DNA from: Bacteroidota bacterium
Lineage (GTDB): Bacteria > Bacteroidota > Bacteroidia > Bacteroidales > F082
Length of the DNA stretch: 41,715 nucleotides
Direction of reading: 5' to 3'
Assembly (NCBI GenBank): GCA_003650425.1
Contig: QMPP01000001.1
Location: 1 to 41,715, forward strand
Both the position numbers and the translations under genes were made by a program. This document shows, in pieces, positions 18,842-27,592 of the stretch. A model generated the notes under the pieces. The model was not told the DNA's origin, made no database searches, and saw only the letters and a program-made list of their open reading frames with translations. The number at the start of each line of letters is the position of its first letter. The stretch's first letter is position 1.

Positions 18842-19675
18842 ATGAACAAGAAATTAACATCAGCAGATTATCCGGGAATAATAACACTTACAACCGATTG
18901 GGGGAGTAACGACTATTATGTGGGGGCAGTAAAAGGCAGACTTTACACCTTGTTGCCCAACGCCCGTGTAGTTGATATTACACATGATATTATCCCGTTC
19001 GATACAGCGCATGCAGCGTATGTTTTGAAAAACTCTTTTGAAATGTTTCCGGAGGGTTCTGTTCATATTATTGGCGTCGATTCCGAAGACTTTGCTACTT
19101 CACAAATGGTTCAGTCGCATGTTGCTGTACAATATAAAGGTCATTATTTTATTGGATCTGATAATGGCGTTTTTTCGTTAATTCTGGATGGAAAGAAGGC
19201 TGATGCTATTGTGGAGTTGACCATCCCTTTTGAGGCCGTTGCCGGAAAAGTCAGATTTTCTTTTTCCGGTCGCGACCGATTTTCTGCTGCTGCTGTCCAT
19301 CTTGCCCAAGGTAATGATATTTTGGAGTTGGGTAAGCAATTGGATGGTTCAAAAGAGTTGATGTTGTTTAACCCGTCGTACACCAAAGATTTTATTAAGG
19401 GAGTGGTTGTTCATGTCGATCATTTTGAAAATGCCATAACCAATATTTCGGAATTGCTGTTTGAAAAAGTAGCACAGGGTCGTGAATTTGAAATTTCTTT
19501 TAAAAGAAACCGGCTTAACAGGATTAGTAAACTTTACTCTGATACGCGAGAGGTTGAACCGTTGGCACTTTTTAATGGGGCAGGTTTACTCGAGCTGGCT
19601 TTAAATCGATCAAATATTTCCGGGTTATTGGGTTTGCGAAAAAATGATGCTGTGCTTATCGAGTTTCACGATTAA
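18842..19675 (+). CDS. SAM hydroxide adenosyltransferase / SAM-dependent chlorinase-fluorinase family (DUF62) protein
   Basis: N-terminus ITLTTDWGSNDYYVGAVKG and the C-terminal beta-domain pattern. The ORF track begins at TTG 18836. The ATG at 18842 is preferred. Confidence 0.75.
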   Translation: MNKKLTSADYPGIITLTTDWGSNDYYVGAVKGRLYTLLPNARVVDITHDIIPFDTAHAAYVLKNSFEMFPEGSVHIIGVDSEDFATSQMVQSHVAVQYKGHYFIGSDNGVFSLILDGKKADAIVELTIPFEAVAGKVRFSFSGRDRFSAAAVHLAQGNDILELGKQLDGSKELMLFNPSYTKDFIKGVVVHVDHFENAITNISELLFEKVAQGREFEISFKRNRLNRISKLYSDTREVEPLALFNGAGLLELALNRSNISGLLGLRKNDAVLIEFHD

Positions 19676-20280
19676 AGGTCATCGTCCCGTTTCTCGGTAT
19701 TACTCCCCTTGTTTATAATCAGCCCCCCCCATCGTTTATCAGTTATAAAAAACAGCCGGGCGGTCAGTAAGCCTATTATCGCGCCTAAAATACTACCTCC
19801 CAAAACATCGAATGGAAAATGAACACCTAAATATACCCGGCTGTAAATAACCAGTAATCCCCAGAAAATCATCATATAGGTAATCCACTTTTTTTGCATT
19901 AGAAGGCTGATAAAAACAACAACTCCAAAGCTGTTGGCCGCATGTGACGAGACAAATCCATATTGTCCGCCGCATCCTTTTATCATGCGTAACTTTTCCA
20001 ATATATCAGGTTGATGACACGGTCGTAGGCGTAGAAAAACGTTTTTAAACAGATGAACCGAAGTTTGATCAGTCAGCGTAACCGTTAAGGCGACGAATAA
20101 CAAAATGAGTAACGTTTTGAACTTGTATTTTTTAGATAGAAGAAAAATGATAAATAAGTAGAAGGGAAGCCAGGTAAATTTGGCGCTGGCAAACAACATT
20201 ATCTGGTCAAGAAATGGCGACGCATGGTTGTTTATCCATAATAAGATGCCAATATCAATGTTGTTAAGGGCTTCAAGCAT
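19672..20280 (-). CDS. PAP2-family phosphatase (membrane)
   Basis: Motifs KNVFLRLRP, SSHAANSF and SRVYLGVHFPFDV, with multiple TM helices. Confidence 0.85.
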   Translation of the reverse strand: MLEALNNIDIGILLWINNHASPFLDQIMLFASAKFTWLPFYLFIIFLLSKKYKFKTLLILLFVALTVTLTDQTSVHLFKNVFLRLRPCHQPDILEKLRMIKGCGGQYGFVSSHAANSFGVVVFISLLMQKKWITYMMIFWGLLVIYSRVYLGVHFPFDVLGGSILGAIIGLLTARLFFITDKRWGGLIINKGSNTEKRDDDL

Positions 20281-20283
20281 AAA

Positions 20284-20919
20284 CTAATCTTTCTTTTTCT
20301 TCTTTCCCATCATTTCTATGGCTTGCTTTTTCATCTCGAAATACTCATTATTGTAAGGGTCGAGCCGTATCAGGATGTCGAGATTATTGATGGCCTTTTT
20401 AGGCTTTTTTTTATCGAGGTACTTTTTAGCCTTTTCTAAATAAAAGACTTCACCATTGCACACGTACCCCGGATTTTTACCTTCAAAAGTAAACAAACCT
20501 TCTTTGGTGTTATTTTTGGTTCCTTTTAGCTTAAACTGAATAGGAATCTCAAAATGCTCATATTTTGAGTCGTGGCATTTGTTCCATTGACCGTTGGTGT
20601 TGATAAAAAACTTTTTCACTTCATTATCAATACCATAATGAAGCGGGTTTTTGATGGTGATAAATCCCAGCTTACCATCGCACGTTACATCGAAACTGGC
20701 AATAATAATACCCTGAATGCAATTTTTCCTGGCTACATCGGGATAGGTTACGGTATTGTTAAAAATCTTTTCAAAAGTGTAAGTGCCGCCTTTAAACCGG
20801 TAATCCAATTGCGTGGAAATTTGCTTTTTACGACTTTCTGCCGGCGAGGTGTTTTTCTGGCCATAGCTGCTTGTTACCAAAAGAAAAATAATACCAACAA
20901 TCACCAATAATCTTTTCAT
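20284..20919 (-). CDS. Secreted hypothetical protein with TonB-C-terminal-like segment and Lys-rich tail
   Basis: Signal peptide. YPDVARKNCIQGIIIASFDVTCDGKL resembles a TonB_C fold motif. The C-terminus is KKKKKD. Confidence 0.4.
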   Translation of the reverse strand: MKRLLVIVGIIFLLVTSSYGQKNTSPAESRKKQISTQLDYRFKGGTYTFEKIFNNTVTYPDVARKNCIQGIIIASFDVTCDGKLGFITIKNPLHYGIDNEVKKFFINTNGQWNKCHDSKYEHFEIPIQFKLKGTKNNTKEGLFTFEGKNPGYVCNGEVFYLEKAKKYLDKKKPKKAINNLDILIRLDPYNNEYFEMKKQAIEMMGKKKKKD

Positions 20920-20969
20920 AGTTTTTTTTCATTTGAAACAGGTGATAAAAATAGATAAAAACAGCGTAT

Positions 20970-21320
20970 CTATTTTTCTCCACTTTCTTTTTTTTCGATA
21001 AGGTCTTTGATGTCTTGCAAAAATGTTTTTGTCCTCTTTAACGTGTTGATAACTTCAAGTTTATCAAAATCATCTTCTTGTTTTTTGTTTTTGATGTATT
21101 TGTGAGCTCCTGGCATCGTCATCCCCTTTTCTTTAATAAGGTGATGGATAAGCTGGAAATTATCGATGTCTTTCAATGTATACTGTCGTATGCCGTTTTT
21201 CGTTTTCCTTGGCTTTATCATTTTGAACTCCTGTTCCCAGTATCTTATCAAAGAGGTGCTAACCTGAAACATGTCAGCTACTTCACCAATTTTATAATAC
21301 ACTTTCTTGTTTTCTAGCAT
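20970..21320 (-). CDS. MerR-family transcriptional regulator
   Basis: N-terminal HTH YKIGEVADMFQVSTSLIRYWEQEF. 116 aa. Confidence 0.8.
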   Translation of the reverse strand: MLENKKVYYKIGEVADMFQVSTSLIRYWEQEFKMIKPRKTKNGIRQYTLKDIDNFQLIHHLIKEKGMTMPGAHKYIKNKKQEDDFDKLEVINTLKRTKTFLQDIKDLIEKKESGEK

Positions 21321-21326
21321 AACGGT

Positions 21327-22298
21327 TCAATCTAACGATTGGTTAGGAATTTTTGATAATTGAATCATCTTGTCAAACTGTGCGGGGCTAAGGTCGTTGA
21401 AAAAATAGTAGATAGGGTTTATCTTTCTGTTGTTTTTGATAATTTCGTAATGCAAATGAGGGGCTGTTGATTTACCGGTGTTACCAATTAACCCGATGGT
21501 GCTGCCGCGTTTTACCTTCTGTCCTTTTTTAACCAGGATTTTGCTTAGATGAGCATAAAAGGTGCGGTATCCGTAACCATGATTAACTTCAATGGTGTTA
21601 CCATAACCCCGATTCGAATGGCGAATCCGTTTCACTACACCATCGCCTGTTGCAAATACAGGTGCTCCGAGGGTTGAAGAGAAATCAACTCCTGAATGAA
21701 ATTTCTTTACCTTATATATAGGGTCGATACGGTAACCAAAGTATGATGATATCCTTTTGAGGTCGGTAATTTTTACCGGTTGGATACCGGGTATGCTCTT
21801 TAGCATCTTTTCCTTTTTACGGGCAAGTTTATAAACATCGTCAAACGACTTGGACTGGACATAAATTTCGCTGGCAATTTTATCAAGCTTTTTAGCGGTC
21901 TGTTTTAAAAGTTCCGAATTTTCGTAGCCTTCCAGTTTAGCATATCTATTAGCACCGCCAAATCCGGCTTGCCGTATCGATTTTGGAATAGGTTCTGCTT
22001 CAAAAATTATCCGGTATATGTTGTCATCTTTAGTGGCAAGCTGGTCGAGCATCGATTGCATCTTCTCTAAACGGTCGCCCATGATGTTAAACTGTAACTG
22101 GTATTGAGCCAATTCCCGTTCCATAATCTTCTCTTTAGGAGACTCGAAAAAGGTAAACGAAAACACAAAAATAAGCACGGCAATGGCGATGGCTCCCGTT
22201 AAAAACAGAAACACCCTGAAAAAACGTTGTGGGGTGCTGCGTTTCAGCGGCTCATACGTTTGCGTTGTTTCGTTGAATATGTATTTAGTTCTTATCAT
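21327..22298 (-). CDS. M23-family metallopeptidase (membrane-anchored)
   Basis: N-terminal TM helix, coiled-coil region, and HSGVDF ... GNTGKSTAPHLHYE motifs. Confidence 0.9.
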   Translation of the reverse strand: MIRTKYIFNETTQTYEPLKRSTPQRFFRVFLFLTGAIAIAVLIFVFSFTFFESPKEKIMERELAQYQLQFNIMGDRLEKMQSMLDQLATKDDNIYRIIFEAEPIPKSIRQAGFGGANRYAKLEGYENSELLKQTAKKLDKIASEIYVQSKSFDDVYKLARKKEKMLKSIPGIQPVKITDLKRISSYFGYRIDPIYKVKKFHSGVDFSSTLGAPVFATGDGVVKRIRHSNRGYGNTIEVNHGYGYRTFYAHLSKILVKKGQKVKRGSTIGLIGNTGKSTAPHLHYEIIKNNRKINPIYYFFNDLSPAQFDKMIQLSKIPNQSLD

Positions 22299-22325
22299 AA
22301 AGGATGCAAAATTAATAATTTCGAG

Positions 22326-22333
22326 TAAATTTG
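22326..22333 (+). promoter_or_regulatory. Bacteroidota -7 promoter box for alaS
   Basis: TAAATTTG lies 47 nt upstream of the ATG at 22381. Confidence 0.5.
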
Positions 22334-22380
22334 CAGCTTAAATATTTAAGATGTTAATAATCAAAAGTTAATAAGTTATA

Positions 22381-24996
22381 ATGAACTCATCTCAAGTACG
22401 AAAAGTTTTTCTGGATTTTTTTAAAAATAAGCAGCATCAAATTGTGCCTTCTGCTCCGATGGTGATAAAGGACGACCCGACCCTTATGTTCACCAATGCG
22501 GGAATGAACCAGTTTAAGGATATTTTTTTGGGAAATACTAAGCCAAAGTTTTTGCGTGCCGCAGATACTCAAAAATGTTTGCGGGTATCGGGAAAACATA
22601 ACGACCTGGAAGAGGTTGGTCGCGACACCTATCACCATACCATGTTCGAGATGCTTGGGAACTGGTCGTTTGGCGACTATTTTAAAAAAGAAGCGATTGC
22701 GTGGGCGTGGGAGCTGCTTACCGATGTGTATGGTATTAATAAAGACAACCTGTATGTTACCGTTTTTGGTGGCGATGAGGCTGATGGTATGGAAGCTGAT
22801 ATGGAGGCCTACAATTTTTGGAAAGCCATGCTTCCCGAAGAGAAAATTATATACGGGTCAAAGAAGGATAATTTCTGGGAAATGGGGGAGGTAGGCCCAT
22901 GTGGCTCCTGCTCCGAAATTCATATTGACTTACGTTCGGAGGAGGAAAAAAAGGTAGTGCCGGGTAAAGCGCTTGTTAACATGGATCATCCGGAAGTGAT
23001 TGAAATCTGGAATCTGGTGTTTATCGAGTTTAACCGGCTGGCTGACGGTAGCCTTGAAGCATTGTCGGCAAAACATATTGATACGGGCATGGGCTTTGAG
23101 CGCTTGTCGATGGTGATGCAGGGTGTTAAATCGAATTACGATACCGATATTTTTGCGCCCATCATTAAAAAGGTAGCTGAGATGGCCGGGGTTACGTATG
23201 GAAAGAACGAATCGCGCGACATTGCTTTGCGGGTCATTGCCGACCATTTACGAGCCATTACATTTGCTATCGCCGATGGACAGCTGCCTTCCAACACAGG
23301 AGCAGGGTATGTTATTCGTCGTATTTTGAGGCGCGCGGTACGATATGGTTACACCTTCCTAAGTTTTGATGCACCGTTTATGTATAAACTGGTTGCGTTG
23401 CTGTCAGAGCAGATGGGCGAAGTTTTTACTGAATTAGTTTCGCAGCAAACCTTAATCGAACAAGTTATTAAGGAAGAAGAGGCTGCCTTTTTACGAACGC
23501 TCGCACAGGGAATAAGAAAGTTTGAAACTTATTTTAACGACCATCCAAACACGAAGGAAATTGATGGCGATTTCGCTTTCGAGCTTTTTGACACTTTCGG
23601 ATTTCCCATTGACTTAACCAACCTGATGGCATCGGAAAAGGGGGTTAGTGTTGATATGGATGGTTTTGAAAAGGGATTGCAGCAGCAGAAGGAGCGGTCG
23701 CGCAAAGCAGCCGTTAAAAATGCTGATGACTGGATAGAGTTACTGACCGATGTTGAAACTGCTTTTGTGGGTTACGATACACTTGAAGCACAAGCCAGGG
23801 TTGTAAAATACAGGAAGGTCGTTACCAAAAAGAAAACCATATTTGAAATTGTGTTGGATACAACCCCGTTTTATGCCGAATCGGGTGGCCAGGTTGGTGA
23901 TACCGGTGAGCTGATTTCGGAATCTGAAACACTCCATGTGGTTGACACGAAAAAGGAGAACAACCTGATTGTCCATCTCGTGACCGAAGAACCTAAGGCT
24001 GTTCATTCGATTTATAAAGCAATAGTAAATACCGAAAAAAGAATCTTAACGGCGAACAATCACAGCACTACACACCTGATGCATGCTGCGCTTCGTAAAG
24101 TGCTGGGAACGCATGTCGAGCAAAAGGGGTCTTTGGTTTCACCTGACCGGCTACGCTTTGACTTTTCTCATTTTTCTAAAATGAGTGATGAGGAGATTAG
24201 GCAGGTAGAAGCTATTGTGAATAGCAAAATCAGGGAAAATCTTCCCGGAGAGATAAAGCAGGATGTAGCCATTGAAGAGGCTAAAGCCATGGGAGCAATG
24301 GCGCTGTTTGGTGAAAAATATGGTGATAAAGTGCGGGTGGTAACTTTTGGTTCTGACTACTCTGTTGAGTTGTGTGGAGGAACCCATGTGAAGGCTACCG
24401 GTCAGATAGGGTTGTTTAAAATTATATCGGAAAGTGGTATTGCAGCCGGAGTGCGCCGTATTGAAGCAGTAACGGGCAAAAATGCCGAAAAGTTTGTGAA
24501 CAATCAAATAGATTTGCTGAAAGCCATAAAAGGACAGTTTAAAAATGCCAATAATGTGTTAAATGCTGTTACAAACCTTATTGAAGAAAACGCTAAACTT
24601 CACAAAGAGATAGGGAAGCTGCTGGCTGAAAAAAGTGCCGGCCTTGCCGATAGTCTTGTCGATAAAGCTGAAAAAATTGGTGATGTTTTATTTGTTGGTG
24701 TCAAGGTTGATTTGGATGTAAATAGTGCTAAAAAGCTGGCCAATCAGTTACGCGGTAAAGCTGATAAAATAATGATAGTGTTTGCGTTGGTGGAAAAGGA
24801 TAAAGTGAATTTGGTGATTTCCCTTTCGGACGAGCTGGTAAAAAACGGGTATCATGCGGGGAATATCATTCGCGAAGCAGCCAAAGCCATCCGTGGTGGT
24901 GGTGGCGGACAGCCACACCTCGCAACAGCAGGCGGAAAAGAGGCCAACGGAATTGATGATGCCATTGCTGCTGCCAAACTGGTGTTGAAATCTTAA
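22381..24996 (+). CDS. alaS: Alanine--tRNA ligase
   Basis: 871 aa. Motifs FTNAGMNQFK, the HHTMFEMLGNWSFGDYFK region, an editing domain with HSTTHLMHAAL and CGGTH, and a C-terminal DHHA1 GGGGG. Confidence 0.97.
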   Translation: MNSSQVRKVFLDFFKNKQHQIVPSAPMVIKDDPTLMFTNAGMNQFKDIFLGNTKPKFLRAADTQKCLRVSGKHNDLEEVGRDTYHHTMFEMLGNWSFGDYFKKEAIAWAWELLTDVYGINKDNLYVTVFGGDEADGMEADMEAYNFWKAMLPEEKIIYGSKKDNFWEMGEVGPCGSCSEIHIDLRSEEEKKVVPGKALVNMDHPEVIEIWNLVFIEFNRLADGSLEALSAKHIDTGMGFERLSMVMQGVKSNYDTDIFAPIIKKVAEMAGVTYGKNESRDIALRVIADHLRAITFAIADGQLPSNTGAGYVIRRILRRAVRYGYTFLSFDAPFMYKLVALLSEQMGEVFTELVSQQTLIEQVIKEEEAAFLRTLAQGIRKFETYFNDHPNTKEIDGDFAFELFDTFGFPIDLTNLMASEKGVSVDMDGFEKGLQQQKERSRKAAVKNADDWIELLTDVETAFVGYDTLEAQARVVKYRKVVTKKKTIFEIVLDTTPFYAESGGQVGDTGELISESETLHVVDTKKENNLIVHLVTEEPKAVHSIYKAIVNTEKRILTANNHSTTHLMHAALRKVLGTHVEQKGSLVSPDRLRFDFSHFSKMSDEEIRQVEAIVNSKIRENLPGEIKQDVAIEEAKAMGAMALFGEKYGDKVRVVTFGSDYSVELCGGTHVKATGQIGLFKIISESGIAAGVRRIEAVTGKNAEKFVNNQIDLLKAIKGQFKNANNVLNAVTNLIEENAKLHKEIGKLLAEKSAGLADSLVDKAEKIGDVLFVGVKVDLDVNSAKKLANQLRGKADKIMIVFALVEKDKVNLVISLSDELVKNGYHAGNIIREAAKAIRGGGGGQPHLATAGGKEANGIDDAIAAAKLVLKS

Positions 24997-25176
24997 TCGG
25001 TTGCATTGCTTTTTTCGACGGTTAAATTTTATTTGATGCTTAATTTTTAAACAACTTAGGGGCAATAATTATTATAAGTGAAAAAAAGTTGTAATTTTAT
25101 TGCGTTATTAAGTGTGCCGGTTGATTTATTAGTTTACATTTATCGTGATCTATCGGTGGATATTTAAAGATTACTT

Positions 25177-26409
25177 ATGAACAGAAAACATTTTCAGGTT
25201 GTTACGTTTTTATTGGCTTTATTGGTGGAGCTATTGTCTCCTGTTTTAAAGGCGCAACAAAATGAAAACTGTGACAATCAGGATCAGCTGGTAAATTACT
25301 CTATTCTCAGTCCGGTGCAATCATCCATTACAAAAGCAACCGGTTGGGCCATGCAAAACAACGGCAAATGGGTTTCCTCTACAAACCGAATTCCGTTTAC
25401 TGATGATAAAACAAATAAAAGTACCGACCCAAATCGCAAGCTTGGGCAAGATAACTTTATTTCGTTGGAACTACGAAAGATTATGATAAAGGATAAGCAA
25501 TACAATGTATTGGTCAAAAAGTATCATGATGGGGTATATGAATTTCCTATATTACACGAAAACTGGGAGGATTTTGTATCGCTCGATTTCTATGTTTTTA
25601 ATAGTGAGTTGCTGTCGCAGCTTCTTCCTAAAGAAATACCTTTCAATAAAAAATATGCCATAAACCTGAATGCATTTGCAAGGGGGACCATTAAAAACTT
25701 CGACCCGAAACGTGAGGAAGATATGATTGTTGGTGATGTGGAACGAATAATGTATGGTGAGAGTGTAAACGACTGGAATCTGGCATTGGCCGTCTTTCCA
25801 ATTAAGAACGGTGATAAGGAGGTGGTGCGTTTTAAACTGATTAAAACGTTTAGAAAAGATTATCTTGTTAGCTATTTTACTGCTCCTGATAACTGGGATA
25901 AGCTTTTTGACAGGTCATTTTACGAAGTGCCTCTTCATGTGTTTAAATCTTTTATCCGCGATGCCGAAGAGTACTTTATCCCGATTAAACCAGTAGTTGA
26001 TACTGTCGATAGTTTGTATCTGAGCTATTATAATCAGGGCGTTTTAAAATACCAAATGGGTGACTATCCAACAGCCATCGAGCTTTTTGTGAGATCACTC
26101 TCCATCAATCCTGATGTGCAAAATTTTCTTATCTATTCATATCTTGGCAATGCCCGAAGCAAGATGCATCTGTACAACGATGCCATTGGTGATTACGATA
26201 AGGCGCTGGAATTAAAACCTAAAACTATTTTGGATTACGCCGATTGGACTAAAAATTATTACAATCGCGGGGTGGCAAGATATTTTATGGATGATTTGAA
26301 TGGTGCCTGCCGCGATTGGAAAAAAGCATTGGAAATGGGCTTTGGCCCCGCTCACGATTATATTACCAAGTTTTGCCAAGAAGAGGAGAATGATATTGAA
26401 AAAAAATAA
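25177..26409 (+). CDS. Secreted protein with an unknown ~270-aa N-terminal domain and C-terminal TPR repeats
   Basis: Signal peptide. The C-terminal third has TPR-like repeats (YYNQGVLKYQMGDYPTAIELF..., YNDAIGDYDKALELKP, YYNRGVARYFMDDLNGACRDWKKALEMG). Confidence 0.6.
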   Translation: MNRKHFQVVTFLLALLVELLSPVLKAQQNENCDNQDQLVNYSILSPVQSSITKATGWAMQNNGKWVSSTNRIPFTDDKTNKSTDPNRKLGQDNFISLELRKIMIKDKQYNVLVKKYHDGVYEFPILHENWEDFVSLDFYVFNSELLSQLLPKEIPFNKKYAINLNAFARGTIKNFDPKREEDMIVGDVERIMYGESVNDWNLALAVFPIKNGDKEVVRFKLIKTFRKDYLVSYFTAPDNWDKLFDRSFYEVPLHVFKSFIRDAEEYFIPIKPVVDTVDSLYLSYYNQGVLKYQMGDYPTAIELFVRSLSINPDVQNFLIYSYLGNARSKMHLYNDAIGDYDKALELKPKTILDYADWTKNYYNRGVARYFMDDLNGACRDWKKALEMGFGPAHDYITKFCQEEENDIEKK

Positions 26410-27589
26410 ATATCGTCGAACCCAAATAGTAAAACTAAGCCTGCTTTTGATTTTGTTGATTTTTTGGGTTAAGGGTTACTCACAGAAGCTGAATAATGAT
26501 GTTTATCTGTTTCAGGATAACTGGGTAACCAGTTTTAACATGGGCTATTCGCAGTTCTATGGTGATGCTTCCAACAAAGGTTACTTTCAGAAATTTAGTG
26601 GAGAGTTAGGGTTTTCTACCGGAATATCGGGCAGGAAGATGCTCTCCCCTGCGTTTGGCGTTGGCATGAATCTTCAATATGTCGGACTTAAAAGTACAAA
26701 GCTCGTCAACGGTATTGGTGAGGCTGTTAACTTTGAGCTTACCGGCGGTAGTTTCGATATCAATACGAACGGCTATGTTGATTTGAATACCCTTTTTTGG
26801 GGCTTTAAAGAAAATCGAACTTTTTCGATATACGCCACCCTTGGGTTAGGTTTCGCCTTTTGGAATACTACTTTGTATGATTACGATACGGGATTTGTTT
26901 ATAAAAGCGGTCTGTCTTACGGGGGTATCAAATACAAGAGCTCAGGATTAATAGTACCTATAGGTGTTGGCGTAAATATTAAGGTTGCACCCAACTGGAC
27001 GATTAATGTTGAAGGAAACCTTCGCACCGTGTTAAATGACTATCAGGATATATGGAGTGACGGTTTTGCTTACGACCAGTCTTTTGTAACGACAGTAGGG
27101 GTTTCGTATTATATAAACTACAAGTTTAAGGCAAAAGTAAAGACTTGTGGGTGTGATAGAAAACCTTCAAAACCGCTGGAGCCGAAATCATCGTATAATT
27201 ATACTCAAAAAACGCCCGAAAATTTTTCATCAATAAAATATACTGGTCCCGTTCAGCCTCCTGCAAAGCCAAAAGCAGTAGCAAAACCTGTAACAAAAGC
27301 CGTTGCCGATGCACATACTACCAAAGGAATTGTGTATCGGGTACAGATACTGGCCAAGCGTACCCGCTTACCCGATATCAATTTGTTTAAAAAGAAATAT
27401 GGCCTAACCGACGATATTCATGAAAATTTTCAGAATGGCGTTTATCGTTATTCTGTCGGATATTTTAGAAATTATCACGACGCGCTGCGATATAGCAATG
27501 TGGTGCGCAGTAAAGGTGTTTTTGATGCTTTTGTTGTGGTTTACAAGAATAATGTCAGGATATCGCTTACGTCCGAATTAAAAAAATAG
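26390..27589 (+). CDS. Outer-membrane beta-barrel protein fused to a C-terminal SPOR (peptidoglycan-binding) domain
   Basis: Start set at ATG 26390 (MILKKNKYRRTQIVKLSLLLILLIFWVKGYSQ is a signal peptide). Alternating aromatic beta-strand pattern, then a Pro/Lys-rich linker. The C-terminus is YRVQILAKRTRL...GVYRYSVGYFRNYHDALRYSNVVRSKGVFDAFVVVY, which is a SPOR fold pattern. It overlaps the upstream gene by 20 nt. Confidence 0.65.
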   Translation: MILKKNKYRRTQIVKLSLLLILLIFWVKGYSQKLNNDVYLFQDNWVTSFNMGYSQFYGDASNKGYFQKFSGELGFSTGISGRKMLSPAFGVGMNLQYVGLKSTKLVNGIGEAVNFELTGGSFDINTNGYVDLNTLFWGFKENRTFSIYATLGLGFAFWNTTLYDYDTGFVYKSGLSYGGIKYKSSGLIVPIGVGVNIKVAPNWTINVEGNLRTVLNDYQDIWSDGFAYDQSFVTTVGVSYYINYKFKAKVKTCGCDRKPSKPLEPKSSYNYTQKTPENFSSIKYTGPVQPPAKPKAVAKPVTKAVADAHTTKGIVYRVQILAKRTRLPDINLFKKKYGLTDDIHENFQNGVYRYSVGYFRNYHDALRYSNVVRSKGVFDAFVVVYKNNVRISLTSELKK

Positions 27590-27592
27590 TCT

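Noticed and set aside
20970-22298. The MerR regulator and M23 peptidase pair as a possible phage lysis or mobile module.
   Set aside because: The divergent arrangement next to alaS looks like core-genome synteny, as I recall for Bacteroidota. There are no integrase, repeat or phage genes nearby.
22387-25065. Multiple 80-118-aa antisense or off-frame ORFs inside alaS. Similar ones occur inside recQ, ugd, the mutase and the S9 peptidase gene.
   Set aside because: They are fully embedded in long, motif-rich genes of certain identity, and they have no start context or recognisable motifs. They are typical shadow ORFs.
24997-25176. A search for an alaS terminator or a degenerate REP copy (CGGTTGCA at ~24999, and a 7-bp inverted repeat ACAACTT/AAGTTGT at 25051-25092).
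   Set aside because: There is no stable stem followed by a T tract. The 8-mer match to the hairpin core lacks the second arm, and the 7-bp repeat has a 28-nt loop. None of this exceeds chance.
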